Source: Promethearchaeota archaeon (GTDB lineage: Archaea > Asgardarchaeota > Lokiarchaeia > Sigyniarchaeales > SOKP01). Taken from it: a stretch of DNA of 64,000 nucleotides. Within the stretch, counting starts at the first letter, position 1; each line of letters begins with the position of its first letter. This document shows, piece by piece, positions 48,252 to 58,714 of this stretch. Position numbers and translations under genes: made by a program. The stretch is taken from positions 1 to 64,000 of the forward strand of contig JABCSY010000008.1 of NCBI GenBank assembly GCA_018238625.1. Reading direction: 5' to 3'. Under the pieces are notes generated by a model. The model was not told the DNA's origin. It searched no databases and saw only the letters and a program-made list of their open reading frames with translations.

Positions 48252-49172
48252 ATGTCAATTATTACTCTTAAAGGATTATCGAAAAAATACGGGAAGAAAA
48301 CCGTTGTAAACAACCTCTCACTTGAAATCAAAAAGTCTTGTTTCGCCTTTTTAGGTCCAAACGGTGCTGGAAAAACAACCACGCTTTTAATGATCTTGGG
48401 GCTGATAAAACCTTTGAAAGGAGAAATAACGATTCTAGGGAAAAACATCAAAAATCAATCGAAACTAGTGCGCCAAAAAGTAGGGTTTCTACCAGAAAAC
48501 GTAGGTTTTTATCCTAGTAAGACCGGAAGAGAATTAGTAGCTTTAATTTTAGAACTGAGAACTAAACAAAAACAAGCGACCGAACAAATCGATTCTAATT
48601 TAAAATGGTGCGGATTAAAAGAAGAATATTGGGATAAAAAAACGAAATCTTATTCGCAAGGTATGCGTCAACGATTAGGTATCGCGCTAGCATTTGCAGG
48701 AAATCCTGAAATTGTTGTTTTAGACGAACCTTTCTCTAACATCGATCCGCTTGGAAGAGAAGATTTTATTAACAAAATTAATGTAAAACAAAAACAAGGT
48801 ATTACCATACTTATTTCAAGCCATATTACCTCAGATGTAGAAAAATTAGCAGATACAGTAACGATCATAGATGACGGCGTAGTAAAAATTTCTGATTCGA
48901 TTTTCACGCTCATGAAAAACTTAGAGTACGACGAATACGAAATCTTTTCCAACAAATTTCAAGCAAACGATGTAATTACAAAAATTAACGAAATTTATTT
49001 AGATAAAAAAGAGTGGTTCCTCGAACCACCAACAGTCTTAAGAGATAGTTTAATTGTCAAAACCAAATTTCCATACGAATTAAAAACCTACTTGGAAAAC
49101 TTTAACAACTTTGAAATGAAACCACTAACGGGAGTGTTACAAAAAATATATAAATTAACTATGGAGGGTTAA
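48252..49172 (+). CDS. ABC-2 type transporter ATP-binding subunit
   Basis: GPNGAGKTT, YSQGMRQR, LDEP, SSH; ATG 48252 (MSIITL) preferred. Confidence 0.93.
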   Translation: MSIITLKGLSKKYGKKTVVNNLSLEIKKSCFAFLGPNGAGKTTTLLMILGLIKPLKGEITILGKNIKNQSKLVRQKVGFLPENVGFYPSKTGRELVALILELRTKQKQATEQIDSNLKWCGLKEEYWDKKTKSYSQGMRQRLGIALAFAGNPEIVVLDEPFSNIDPLGREDFINKINVKQKQGITILISSHITSDVEKLADTVTIIDDGVVKISDSIFTLMKNLEYDEYEIFSNKFQANDVITKINEIYLDKKEWFLEPPTVLRDSLIVKTKFPYELKTYLENFNNFEMKPLTGVLQKIYKLTMEG

Positions 49173-49175
49173 ATC

Positions 49176-49955
49176 GTGTTAAAGAATGTTACGCAAAACG
49201 AGTTCATTAAGTATCAAATTATTTTAATTAAATTCTTTTTTAAAAAAATATTGAAAAGTTGGCGAACTATTTTTTGCGTAATAATGATAATTTTTCCCGT
49301 TTTTACTGCTTATCGTATGATTAACAGTCCAATCACTCAATATAATATCGATTATTTGTTTTTCAATGGTTTTGTTGGTTTTTCCATTTTACTTTTTCGG
49401 TTGATGTACATAATAATATTTAGCGATATCGTATCAGAGGAATTTTCAAATAAATTTGCTATGATGCTGTATTCTACGCCACCCTCACGTAAAAGGATTT
49501 TATTATCAAAAGTTATAGCGATAATTCTATATTCTACAGCGTTAGAACTCATGTCTTTCGTTATAGTGGGGGCAGTTTTATTAATAAGCACTGGTTTAAT
49601 TGTTTCTTTAGAAATTTTACTTATAGGATTCCTCATGATATTTTTGACTTTTCTCTTTAGTTTCTCGATATCGTTTATGCTGTCAACATTAACGCGTAAT
49701 GTAATCATTTCAATACTTATCCCCATTCTTTATTTTTTCTTTGTAGAACAATTCTTTATAGTTATCGGTTTAGAAAATTTTTCATATTACTATTTTGTTA
49801 ATAGAATGATCGAGGTAATCTCCAATTATCTCCTTAGTGGAGCGTTTATCTTAGGAATAGAAGAAGTAAGTTGGTTAATTGGCTTAATTTCCTTTCCAGT
49901 AATTATGTTTCTAATAACTATATTTATTTTTAGTAAATTGGACATTAGAACTTAA
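49176..49955 (+). CDS. ABC-2 type transporter permease
   Basis: 6 TM; VSEEF...LYSTPPSRKRILLSK. Confidence 0.88.
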   Translation: MLKNVTQNEFIKYQIILIKFFFKKILKSWRTIFCVIMIIFPVFTAYRMINSPITQYNIDYLFFNGFVGFSILLFRLMYIIIFSDIVSEEFSNKFAMMLYSTPPSRKRILLSKVIAIILYSTALELMSFVIVGAVLLISTGLIVSLEILLIGFLMIFLTFLFSFSISFMLSTLTRNVIISILIPILYFFFVEQFFIVIGLENFSYYYFVNRMIEVISNYLLSGAFILGIEEVSWLIGLISFPVIMFLITIFIFSKLDIRT

Positions 49956-49963
49956 AAATGATT

Positions 49964-50542
49964 TTAATAAGTTTCAAAGGTTTTTTTCTTCCTCTTAAAA
50001 GCAAAACCGATTGAAAAGCCTCCTAATAACCCAAAGATATGAGCAAAATAGTTGATTCCGGGCGAAAACGAGGAAACTAAGAAATAAAACACGTAAAATA
50101 AGCCTAACATTATTAAGGGAGTGTCCCTTTCCACTATTACTAACGATAAAGTAGCCCCAATCAATCCGAAAATTGCACCAGATGCGCCTAGGCTTATTAC
50201 ATTAAGGGGTAACAAATATAATGAAAACATATTTCCAATCAATCCTGAAATGAAATATATCAATAAGAATTCGAATTTGGAAAAATTGAGCTCGACATAA
50301 GTTCCAAAAAGCAAGAGTGCGATCATATTAGAGAAAAGGTGCATAACGTCACCGTGTAAAAACATAGAAGTAAATAGGCGCCAAACTTCAAGTTCGACAA
50401 AGATTTTGCTATTAATTTGAACCAATTGATAAAATAAATCCTCGAAAGCTAAAGAGAAAAAAAAGTACAAAAGTGCATTTATAGAAATCAGAAAAATAGT
50501 TATCCTAGCTTCCTTAAAATTTGATGTCTCTAAAACAAACAT
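49964..50542 (-). CDS. Rhomboid intramembrane serine protease
   Basis: WRLFTSMFLH, HLFSNM, GASG, AHIFG. Confidence 0.95.
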   Translation of the reverse strand: MFVLETSNFKEARITIFLISINALLYFFFSLAFEDLFYQLVQINSKIFVELEVWRLFTSMFLHGDVMHLFSNMIALLLFGTYVELNFSKFEFLLIYFISGLIGNMFSLYLLPLNVISLGASGAIFGLIGATLSLVIVERDTPLIMLGLFYVFYFLVSSFSPGINYFAHIFGLLGGFSIGFAFKRKKKTFETY

Positions 50543-50652
50543 AACTTAATTATCCCAAAAGATTTGACACAATTAGTATTTTATAATCTTTTAATATAAA
50601 TAGTTTTAATAACTATAATGTTTATCAATAAGTTTGTAGACAAAACGGAAAA

Positions 50653-51792
50653 ATGGAAAATCGTAAATTATTTCGTTCAAAAATACAGCTGTTATTTACG
50701 CTATATTTTAACGGCTATTTGAAAGATATTAGGCTATTTAAGGCATTTTTAGATGTTCCTCTAAAAGAATTTATACCAAAAGAAATACAGGATCAAGTTA
50801 GAATTTACAACGACGCCCCAGTTCTATTTTACTTCGATAAAGAACGGCCAGATACGCTTAGAACGATCTCTGCCCCCCATATGATTTCGATCATGTTACA
50901 AGAATTAATATTGAATGACAATGACGATTTACTTATTTTAGGAGCAAAAAGCGGATATATCGCCGCGTTAGCTCATAAATTAGCTCCAAATGGTAGAATT
51001 GTAATAATAGAAGCAAATCCAAAGATCGCAAATGTTACTTTAGAAAATTTAAGAAAAGCTAATCTTCTTGATAAAGTTGAAGTTATCGTAAGAAATCCTT
51101 TATTAGGATTTAGTGAACGATACCCTTGGCAAAAAATCCTCGTAACTGGTGCTATAAAAGAAGATAGAATATCTACATTATTGCAACAACTCGACCCGAA
51201 CGAAGGCGTTTTGTTCGCTCCAATTGGTGAAGAGATGATTCAGACATACACCCAAATAATTCGTTATGAGGAAGAAAGGTTTTATGGAAAGAAGCATTTA
51301 CAAGTAAGGTTTACACCACTAATGACTCAAGTTGAATTAGACGAATTAAAATTGGATACTGATTTTGAAGAATTGGATGAATCAATCAACCAATCAAGAA
51401 CAGATCAATTTAATGACGTTTCTTATACGAAAAATATATCTGTTAATTATGAATCTAATATATTGGATGAAGTAAGGCTAGAACCTTATTCAAAAAGTCA
51501 ATCTTACGATATAAAACCTGAGAATATCTTTTATGCTTTTCTACAGCATAAGGACCAAACAATCGATTCGGCAAATAATAAGGAAAATTTAGAATATTTA
51601 GAAAATATAATTAATTCTTTAGAACAAATAAAAACATATAATAGCTTGGTTAAAAAAGAAATTGAAAAAAGGAAAACTGATTCTCCAATATTGGATAAAA
51701 AAATTAAAATAATTGATAAATATCAATTAGAAGTTGATATTGTACAAACAAAAATTAAGAAAGAGATGAATAAATTCCAAAAACACGCTTAA
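50653..51792 (+). CDS. Protein-L-isoaspartate O-methyltransferase-like protein with C-terminal extension
   Basis: TISAPHM, LGAKSGYIAAL, VTGA, APIG, VRFTPL; about 150-aa acidic/coiled tail. Confidence 0.8.
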   Translation: MENRKLFRSKIQLLFTLYFNGYLKDIRLFKAFLDVPLKEFIPKEIQDQVRIYNDAPVLFYFDKERPDTLRTISAPHMISIMLQELILNDNDDLLILGAKSGYIAALAHKLAPNGRIVIIEANPKIANVTLENLRKANLLDKVEVIVRNPLLGFSERYPWQKILVTGAIKEDRISTLLQQLDPNEGVLFAPIGEEMIQTYTQIIRYEEERFYGKKHLQVRFTPLMTQVELDELKLDTDFEELDESINQSRTDQFNDVSYTKNISVNYESNILDEVRLEPYSKSQSYDIKPENIFYAFLQHKDQTIDSANNKENLEYLENIINSLEQIKTYNSLVKKEIEKRKTDSPILDKKIKIIDKYQLEVDIVQTKIKKEMNKFQKHA

Positions 51793-51847
51793 GACTGCAT
51801 TTTAAATTAAATAAAAAATAAAAAAATAGAATAATAAAAAAGATTTT

Positions 51848-53953
51848 TTAAGTATATTTTCCCTTAAACTCCTTTAACTTTGCTAACACTTCGTCTCTTA
51901 AAGAACCAACAACTAATTTATCTGTTTTGATATCTTTAGCAAACTGCATAAATTGATGTAAAACAGGCCCCGGTGGAAATTGGTCCCTCATATCTTCTAT
52001 GAAAGCGCTTAAGACATTTCCGGTTATGGTTTGATCTATTTTCTTAAAAATATTTGAAAAAAGATCGTTAATAATAGCACTTTTCCCTGTACTTATTGAA
52101 GTAATAGAACCCTTAACAGTTTGAGCGGGAGCCCCCTCTTGATTATCAGATGATTGAGCCGATTCAGAACCTTCACGGCCTTGAACAATGATCTCTGGTT
52201 CATATCTTGGATAGTCCCCCTGTCCAGAACAGCTGTAATTAAGGCTTAATGAATCATTCCCCTTCAATTCAGCAATTTTGACTTGTAATTCAGATTCTTC
52301 CCCAATTTTAACTACATTATAGTCATCGATGTTAATATTAGTTAAATCAAAGCCTTTAGGGATTTTATCCTTAACAATAATATTTTCTAACTCTACGTTT
52401 CCTTTATTTTGAATTCTAACGCTAATGGAGAATTCTCCTTCAGACGTTCCAGGTTTTATGCTTTTAAGCGTTTTCAGTTTGCGCTTAACGTATTTCACTT
52501 TAATCTCTGGTTCTATATCTGGAGATTTAGTAAATAAATTTCCTTCAACTGGGCTATTTATTTCTATTTTTATAGGAGTTTTATAAAGCGTTTCTGTAGG
52601 TGGTCTTGGATTCCTTGCTTTAAGTGGGTATGAGACAATTAATTTAGCGTCTTGGATAAATTCGTTAGATAGATTGAAAAATTCGAGGATAATTTGGTGT
52701 TTTGAGTCTGGACTTTGGTCACTCGGTGCAAGTTCAATTTTTTTAGTAAAATCAGTTCGAGAACTAATATCTATATTCCCTAGCGTAACTTTAACTTGAT
52801 TTATTAATGGTGGTACAAAATCTTGAGGAATTTCATCTATAATGTTAATTGCTCCTATAATTGAAGTACCATTATTGACAATTGTATTTTCTATTACCAT
52901 GTCTGTATTCGCGTAGGCATCAACCTCGGGAGGGTTAATAGATTTATTTATACTAGCTCTTAAAACGGGGTAAACGGTGGACTCCTTATTAATTTCACCA
53001 ACAACTCTAGTAAGCACCACAAATAACGGTGTAAACTCGATCGAGGAACTTAATTCAGGAACGTCCTTAGATTCAACTTGAAAATCAAAATCCCACGACT
53101 GTTCAGGATTAAGTAATCGGTTAGGGGCTTGAGATACGACATTTTCGGTTCCCGTAGTAATTTTTTGTGAAACTTTAACGTTTTCTACTCTAACTTGAAA
53201 CTCCGACTCGTTAATAAATTCAACACTACAATCCCACATTCCCGGTTGAGAACCTTCGTCTCTATCAATTCCAGACATCGAATCAGTGAGTCCTCGAACT
53301 TCGGGAGTAATCATGGTTAGTTTATAATTATTGATTAAGTAAGTAACATCTAACGTTCCTAAGGCTTTTACATCGCTATCTTTTAAATTTACCGTACAAG
53401 TTAATTCTAACTCAGCTCTTTGTTGTCCATCTAACGATACGATATCCCAACTCAGAAATCTTAATTCTGACTCCTCAATTATACCAGCAACACCGATATT
53501 AGGGGTAAGAATCTCAATTTCTTGGAAGAACGAAGGTATCTCTCTTTTCACTTTAATGTTTGATATAGGTATGTCTAAAGGGTTCGTTAAGACAAGCTTT
53601 AATTTGCATTTATTTTCAGTTTCAAACAGAAATGCGTTATTTACTTTATCTGAAATTGACATAGTAGTATCAAAAATATCGACGACTTTAAGGGAAGGTT
53701 CTTTTAAATTTTGAACTTCGTATTCGTTTTTATATTCTTGAGTAGGGTTTAAAATCCCCACATCCAATTCTCTTGAACTGATTGTTGTATTAACAATTTC
53801 TTTTAAATCGCATCCTAAATTCCATAGCCGACTTTTCTGGGAAGGGTTCTTTATTAAAATTTTTCCGTTTCCTTTAATTTCTTTTTGATTTAATTGACCA
53901 TCTAAAAGAGTTTTTTCATTTTCTGTAATATCAACGATTATTAAATCCGACAT
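51848..53953 (-). CDS. Large cytoplasmic beta-sandwich repeat protein (DUF11/Ig-like modules)
   Basis: Repeated N-x-G/S...I.NI.V.D.IP..F motifs; no signal peptide or TM; helical C-terminal domain. Confidence 0.65.
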   Translation of the reverse strand: MSDLIIVDITENEKTLLDGQLNQKEIKGNGKILIKNPSQKSRLWNLGCDLKEIVNTTISSRELDVGILNPTQEYKNEYEVQNLKEPSLKVVDIFDTTMSISDKVNNAFLFETENKCKLKLVLTNPLDIPISNIKVKREIPSFFQEIEILTPNIGVAGIIEESELRFLSWDIVSLDGQQRAELELTCTVNLKDSDVKALGTLDVTYLINNYKLTMITPEVRGLTDSMSGIDRDEGSQPGMWDCSVEFINESEFQVRVENVKVSQKITTGTENVVSQAPNRLLNPEQSWDFDFQVESKDVPELSSSIEFTPLFVVLTRVVGEINKESTVYPVLRASINKSINPPEVDAYANTDMVIENTIVNNGTSIIGAINIIDEIPQDFVPPLINQVKVTLGNIDISSRTDFTKKIELAPSDQSPDSKHQIILEFFNLSNEFIQDAKLIVSYPLKARNPRPPTETLYKTPIKIEINSPVEGNLFTKSPDIEPEIKVKYVKRKLKTLKSIKPGTSEGEFSISVRIQNKGNVELENIIVKDKIPKGFDLTNINIDDYNVVKIGEESELQVKIAELKGNDSLSLNYSCSGQGDYPRYEPEIIVQGREGSESAQSSDNQEGAPAQTVKGSITSISTGKSAIINDLFSNIFKKIDQTITGNVLSAFIEDMRDQFPPGPVLHQFMQFAKDIKTDKLVVGSLRDEVLAKLKEFKGKYT

Positions 53954-54079
53954 TTTCTCTGCTTCCTTACTTTATATTGTTTTATTGACAAATTTTTAAC
54001 AATAAAAAAATAAAGTTCAAATTAATAAATTTTAGGAAATAGAGAATTTTAAAATCAAAATTAAGATTAATTAATTAAG

Positions 54080-54934
54080 TTGAAAGATCAAAATAATTTT
54101 TACTTTTGGCAAATTATCGCGCAATTTAATGTTTTAATGAAATCTGCCATTGAAGGACCCAATTGTACAGATCCTCAAATTTGTAAGGGAGATTGTTGTT
54201 CTATCAAAATTGATGTTCCAAAAATTCTAGCTGAAGAATATATTAAAAGAGGATATGCCAGTAAGAGAGATTTCGTTAGAAGCAACATATTTACTTTTCA
54301 GTTAAGGTTTAATGAAAAAACGGGAAAATGTTTTTTATTTGATAAAGAAATAAATGGATGTTTGATTCACAAATCTGGAATTAAACCCCCCCAATGTTGG
54401 ATTTATCCTACAGGATTCTCAAATCTGAATAGTAATGAAATCAGTTGTAAGAAAAGCTCTGGATGGAGTATAATTAATATTACAAAGGCAAAAGAAGCCG
54501 AAAAGCTTTTGCAAAAATATATTTTTCTATGTCATATTGAAGCTAAAAAAGAATTCAGATTAATTAGAGAGAGATTAGGTTATAAGGATAGTAGAAATTC
54601 AAAATTGAAGTTTAAACTTTTAAAAGAAGAGCTTATGAGTATTGCTCCAAGTCATTTAGGAGGGTTTAAAGATTTTTGGGACCGTATTAGCCTCTTACCC
54701 GCTGAAGGATTGTCTTTACAGATGAAAAAATTTTGTTTTATTCATAACAATAATTGTAATATTCTCTCTGATAACTTCTTGAGCTGTAATAAAATATGTG
54801 AAGTGGTAGCAATCAAATTAATCGAATTTCTACGACTTAATTTATATCCATACATTAAAAACAATGGTTCGGATATCTGCGGCGATTACCCTTTGTTTAA
54901 ATTGTTTAACCACAGCAAATTATTCGCTGTTTAA
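54080..54934 (+). CDS. YkgJ-family (CxxCxxCC) cysteine-cluster protein
   Basis: C...CKGDCC, CFLFD, CLIH..KPPQCWIYP. Confidence 0.8.
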   Translation: MKDQNNFYFWQIIAQFNVLMKSAIEGPNCTDPQICKGDCCSIKIDVPKILAEEYIKRGYASKRDFVRSNIFTFQLRFNEKTGKCFLFDKEINGCLIHKSGIKPPQCWIYPTGFSNLNSNEISCKKSSGWSIINITKAKEAEKLLQKYIFLCHIEAKKEFRLIRERLGYKDSRNSKLKFKLLKEELMSIAPSHLGGFKDFWDRISLLPAEGLSLQMKKFCFIHNNNCNILSDNFLSCNKICEVVAIKLIEFLRLNLYPYIKNNGSDICGDYPLFKLFNHSKLFAV

Positions 54935-55116
54935 TAATGTTGTGTCATTAAGGAATTTTGTCGGATATCTAAATAGTTATTAATCTTACTATTTATTGGA
55001 TATTCCGAAGATAATATCTACGTATTACTTATTTTTAAGATTATTATCTTTATCTGTTTAAATAAGATTTATATATTACGTATGAAATATATTTAATTAA
55101 AACTTAATGTGATTTT

Positions 55117-55485
55117 ATGTCATTTGGAGATAAACCTTTATCTGAATTAACCGAGAAAGTTTTTTCTGAGAAATATGAATTTGTTAACGGCCCGCAAAAA
55201 TTAAAAGGGCAATCCGGTAAATACTGGACGTTTAATGCGGTTATTAATAACGGGAAGCATGGTAGATATGGCGTATTTATTCGAGATTGGAAAAGAGAAA
55301 TATCTATTACTCAATTAAGACAACTACATAAAGCGTGCGTTGATATCCCCGAGATAGAAGGGGGTATTATGATTTGTAATATTGCCACAGATTTTTCGCG
55401 TGATTATAGCACTCAATTTGGAATTCAGCTTCTCTCACGTGGTCATCTGGTAAGCAAATTGCGTAATAGGGAATTTCAATTTTAA
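55117..55485 (+). CDS. Mrr-like PD-(D/E)XK fold protein, catalytic residues apparently lost
   Basis: LKGQSGKYWTFNAVI..VFIRDWKREISITQL, GGIMIC, FS..A/S...GIQL. Confidence 0.6.
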   Translation: MSFGDKPLSELTEKVFSEKYEFVNGPQKLKGQSGKYWTFNAVINNGKHGRYGVFIRDWKREISITQLRQLHKACVDIPEIEGGIMICNIATDFSRDYSTQFGIQLLSRGHLVSKLRNREFQF

Positions 55486-55598
55486 ATTTTTTTAATTTTA
55501 TTAGACCCATTCTCAAGATAGTAAATTTATTTATTTCTCATTCTATTTACTTAAGTGTACTATATTAATTAATTATTAAAAGTATAAAGTGGAATATT

Positions 55599-56783
55599 TT
55601 GCTTACAAATAGAGTAAAAGGCGTTGAATACGCAATAAGAGAAATAGCTGCTGTTGCTCATGAAGTAGCTAAAAGTGGTAAAAAGGTTTATCATTTAAAT
55701 ATTGGAGATCCAGTTGCCTATGACTTTCCTACTCCCGAATTTATTTCAGAGGCTTTATTTAAAGCTAGTCGCGAGGGTAAAAATAATTACGTCAATTCAC
55801 TAGGTGTTATTGAGCTACGAGAAGAAATTGGCAGAATTCTTAGTGAAAAACAAAACTTAAATATTGGAATCGATGATATTCTGGTTACTTCAGGAGTTAC
55901 TGAAGGAATTTATTTTATTATAGCCGGATTAATCGAAAACGGTAAAGAATTACTTATACCAGGTCCATCGTACCCATTATATATTAATTACGCTAAATTT
56001 TTTGATGGAAAACCAGTCGAATATGCGCTTAACGAGGATGATGATTGGGAGCCTGACATTGAAGATTTAAGGAAGAAAATTACAAATAAGACTCAAGCAA
56101 TATTAATATGCACTCCAAATAATCCAACTGGGGTCATGTACGGAGAGAAAAAGATTAAGGAAATAATAGATTTAGCTGGAGAATATGACTTACCTATTTT
56201 ATCTGATGAAATTTACGATCAAATAGTATATGATAAGCCTTATGTCTGTCCCGCTTCCTTAACTAAAGACGTTCCCATTATTGGCTTAAACGGTTTTTCA
56301 AAAACGCATTTAGTAACTGGATGGAGGCTCGGATATCTTTATTACCACGACCCTGAAAATAAACTCGACGAATTAAAGAATGGCATAGCAAAAATGGCGA
56401 GAGCGCGTCTATCTGCTAATTCCGTTGCTCAATTTGCGGCAGTAGATATTTTAAAAACTTCAAGCAACCACACCGTAGAAATGGTACAAAAATTAAAAGA
56501 ACGAAGGGATTACTCGTACAATAGGTTGCGAAAAATTGAGGGTATTAGTTGCGTTAAGCCTAATGGAGCGTTTTACCTCTTCCCAAAACTAGATCTTAAA
56601 GAATTAGGAAAATGGAAAGACGATAAGGAGTTAGTAGTGGATTTACTTAAAGAAACAGGCGTTTGTACGGTTTATGGTTCTGGTTTTGGAGATTATGGAA
56701 AAGGACATCTGCGAATAACTTTTCTGCCAAAAGTAGAAATCCTTGAAAAAGTATACAACCTAATTGAAGAACACTTAAAGTAA
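55599..56783 (+). CDS. Class I/II PLP aminotransferase, alanine aminotransferase-like
   Basis: VEYAIR, LNIGDP, PNNPTG, SDEIYD, GFSK..TGWRLG, GAFYLFP. Confidence 0.9.
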   Translation: MLTNRVKGVEYAIREIAAVAHEVAKSGKKVYHLNIGDPVAYDFPTPEFISEALFKASREGKNNYVNSLGVIELREEIGRILSEKQNLNIGIDDILVTSGVTEGIYFIIAGLIENGKELLIPGPSYPLYINYAKFFDGKPVEYALNEDDDWEPDIEDLRKKITNKTQAILICTPNNPTGVMYGEKKIKEIIDLAGEYDLPILSDEIYDQIVYDKPYVCPASLTKDVPIIGLNGFSKTHLVTGWRLGYLYYHDPENKLDELKNGIAKMARARLSANSVAQFAAVDILKTSSNHTVEMVQKLKERRDYSYNRLRKIEGISCVKPNGAFYLFPKLDLKELGKWKDDKELVVDLLKETGVCTVYGSGFGDYGKGHLRITFLPKVEILEKVYNLIEEHLK

Positions 56784-56833
56784 AGATTGAATAATAATAA
56801 AAAAAAGAAAAGTGGAATTTAATATAAATTTGT

Positions 56834-57022
56834 CTATAAATCTCTTGCTTTAACCGTTTTTCTTCCATTTGCTTTAGCACGCCGAATGGCATTGTCAAGG
56901 ATCTTAATTATTATACCATTAAAAGTATCTCCATCAAGCACACCTGAGCTTGTGTTACATGCCTTTGCTTTTATATACTCTCGAACTTTTGATTTTACAT
57001 ATAAGGGTTCTACCTTAGCCAT
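56834..57022 (-). CDS. Short histone-fold protein with truncated alpha3 (DUF1931/face-to-face type)
   Basis: LYVKSKVREYIK...AIRRAKANGRKTVKARDL-stop; GAGG SD. Confidence 0.85.
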   Translation of the reverse strand: MAKVEPLYVKSKVREYIKAKACNTSSGVLDGDTFNGIIIKILDNAIRRAKANGRKTVKARDL

Positions 57023-57365
57023 TTTTTTCCTTCCTCTTCTTATAATTCTTATAAAGTATTAAAAAATCAGTTACAAATCAATTATAATTGATTTTTTATT
57101 AATATTAATTTTACCATCTGAGCTTTTAAATGTTTTGTCATATCTTAATAATCTTCCAAATAATTATCCAAATACGGCATTATTTGAACCACTATGGGAC
57201 TTAAGAAATTAATCGTAAAGGTGCTATTTAATTGATGCAGAGTAAAAAAAATCAAATCCTAATAACAATTCAAGGCATCGCGATTGAACTAAGAAGGGAA
57301 AATTAAGAAAAAAAAGAGTGGTTTTTTGTTATTTTGTTTTAGCGAAGAGAAATTTATGTTTTTCT

Positions 57366-57710
57366 CTATTTTGGAGGAGCAAGCACGATTTCAATGCTTG
57401 AAACGTTGTTAGTCTGCCCATTTTCTCCTTCGAGTTGTTCTGTACTGAGTGTAATTCCTTTGTATTCGGTTCCTTTTAAGAATCTATTTCTTAAAATCTC
57501 ACATACATCAACAGCATGGGAAATAGCTCTCCCTCTGGCCTTAACTGTGCAATCTTCTCCTTTATTGAGGATCATCATAGTGGCCATAACATAATTCATA
57601 GTGGGTCTACGTCCAACAAAGACCGAATTTTCTTCTCGAGGCATTCGTTTTTTAACTTCTTTAACTTCTGTTTCTGTTTCTGTTTCTGTTTCTGTTTTTT
57701 CTTCAGGCAT
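57366..57710 (-). CDS. albA: DNA/RNA-binding chromatin protein Alba with acidic N-terminal tail
   Basis: VFVGRRPTMNYV, VKARGRAISHAVDVCE, VSSIEIVL; ATG at 57710 (ORF track uses GTG 57722). Confidence 0.95.
   Translation of the reverse strand: MPEEKTETETETETEVKEVKKRMPREENSVFVGRRPTMNYVMATMMILNKGEDCTVKARGRAISHAVDVCEILRNRFLKGTEYKGITLSTEQLEGENGQTNNVSSIEIVLAPPK
57666..57695. repeat. (TTCTGT)5 hexanucleotide microsatellite encoding the Alba TE repeat
   Basis: Five perfect copies read directly. Confidence 0.95.
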
Positions 57711-57994
57711 TTTTTTTTTCACTTTTCTGTTTTGTATTTTTTTGTATACTGTATCGTTGTTATCTCGTAATTTTTTTATTATTACGATTTTTAAACTATA
57801 ATTTTTAAAATATTTTTCTTCATAAAAATTTTATTATCTTACTAATAATGTGATTTAATATTCTATACTCAGATTTTCAACTCATTTAAAGGTGTTTTAG
57901 CAATCTACTTCTCTAAAACGTTTTTTAAGAAGGTTTATAATTCAAATGTAACTTTTGGATAATAACAAAAAAACTATAAAAAAATTAAGAAAAA

Positions 57995-58219
57995 TTACAA
58001 ATCTTCCAATTTCAGTCCAAGAAACATTAGAAACCATGCGAGAAAAAGTAGTACCGTTCCTATAATGCCCCAAGATTCCGTGTGGTTGAATATTCCAAGA
58101 GCTAGAGGGGGCAGTACACCTGTAAGTCCAAAGAATAAACCAGTTAATACATACAATCCTCCTGCTATTGCGAGGATAGATAAAATTACAATCCCTTTTG
58201 TTAGTGGAGTCCAAGCCAT
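57995..58219 (-). CDS. 74-aa two-TM hairpin membrane protein, copy 3
   Basis: MAWTP...GG...LP.LALG...E.WG.IG...AW.LMFLG.KL; AGGCGA SD. Confidence 0.9.
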   Translation of the reverse strand: MAWTPLTKGIVILSILAIAGGLYVLTGLFFGLTGVLPPLALGIFNHTESWGIIGTVLLFLAWFLMFLGLKLEDL

Positions 58220-58354
58220 TTAGTATCGCCTAATTTATCAAAATAAAATGTGTAATTAATAATTCCTAATTATTCCTACATAAAAGGTTTATTTTTAACT
58301 TTTGGAAAATCATAGAGATCTTAATAGTAAAAAAATAAAAAAAAATATGAAAAA

Positions 58355-58579
58355 TTACAAACTTTCTAATTTTAGTCCAAGAAACATTAACCACCATGCG
58401 AAAAACATTAGTATCGTTCCTATAATGCCCCAGGTTTCCGTGTGGTTGTATGTTCCAAGAGCCAAAGCGGGCAGTAGATCTGGAGTTACAAAGAATAAAT
58501 TGATTAATATATAAAATCCCCCTACGAATAGGAGGAACGATAAAATTACTGTAAATTTCACTAGTGGAGTCCAAGCCAT
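58355..58579 (-). CDS. 74-aa two-TM hairpin membrane protein, copy 2
   Basis: 49/74 aa identical to copy 3; AGGTGA SD. Confidence 0.9.
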   Translation of the reverse strand: MAWTPLVKFTVILSFLLFVGGFYILINLFFVTPDLLPALALGTYNHTETWGIIGTILMFFAWWLMFLGLKLESL

Positions 58580-58714
58580 TTAATATCACCTAATTTATCA
58601 AAATAAAATGTGTAGTTAATATTCGCTAATTATTCACTAACAAAAGGTTTATTTTTAACTTTTGAAAAATCATAAAGAACTTAATAGTAAAAAAATAAAA
58701 AAAAATATTAAAAA

